Shown piece after piece: positions 63,413 through 64,000 of a stretch of 64,000 nucleotides of DNA. Under the pieces are notes generated by a model. It was not told the DNA's origin, ran no database searches, and saw only the letters and a program-made list of their open reading frames with translations. Position 1 is the first letter of the stretch. Each line of letters begins with the position of its first letter. The position numbers and the translations under genes were made by a program. The DNA is from Azolla caroliniana (lineage: Eukaryota; Plantae; Polypodiophyta), in assembly GCA_043228905.1 (NCBI GenBank), contig JBHGNT010000006.1, positions 10,292,001 through 10,356,000 of the forward strand, written 5' to 3'.

Positions 63413-64000
63413 ATTTTGAAAACCCAAGAAATTCACAAAAAGATTGCATGGGACTACTTCTATATAATATATAAACCTTTCCTTAAAGCATTTACTATAC
63501 ATTGTTATAGAACACCTAACCTTTTACCCATTTGACAATTGCATACTAATACAAAGCTTATTTCATTTTTGTGAGGGGGAGGGGAAGATGATGGTATATG
63601 AATGGAGACATGGAAGAAAGAGAGAGATCCATTGATGTGCTCATCCTTGCCACAACATTCTTGATACAAGCATGCATTCATGTAGAAGAGAAGATCAACC
63701 CTCTCCAAAAAAAAAAAAAAAAAAAACAGGACAAAGGTTTCTGTGTTTTTGATGCGATTGTATTAAGATGGCACATATGCAACTAGTTTTAACCAAATGA
63801 CATTTCCTAGAAGAAAACATGTATTATTTTCACAAACTCAATCTTCATATTTTGATTGCTAATTATATACCCCAAACTATGAGCAATTACTTAACATCTT
63901 TGGAAAAGAGGCCCAACAGAAAATACCTGTATTAAGCTCATCGACATGTAATGTGCCAAACGTGGGAGTTAGATGCATGCGTCCTACCACATAAAAGAAA

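Overview
Eukaryotic, AT-rich, intron-rich plant DNA. The retroelement families suggest a non-seed land plant, probably a fern; this is an inference. There are three host genes: a 5-exon tafazzin (+, 10324-16770), a 20-exon mitochondrial succinate-semialdehyde dehydrogenase ALDH5F1/SSADH (-, 42793-19717, frame intact when spliced by eye) and an intronless fasciclin-domain gene (-, 63412-62810). They sit among nested Ty3/Gypsy, Ty1/Copia and LINE remnants. The most striking signal is at 3851-4754: a decayed, intron-containing gene for a bacterial-type beta-class N4-cytosine/N6-adenine DNA methyltransferase. It is cut at its 5' end by an LTR element and followed by tandem repeats, so it may be transposon cargo. 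A second signal is a Gypsy family (TGTCG...CGACA termini) whose LTRs carry antisense tRNA-like Pol III cassettes and whose four visible insertion sites are all CpG-centred 4-mers (ACGT, ACGT, ACGC, GCGG). All calls were made by reading the sequence; no searches were run.
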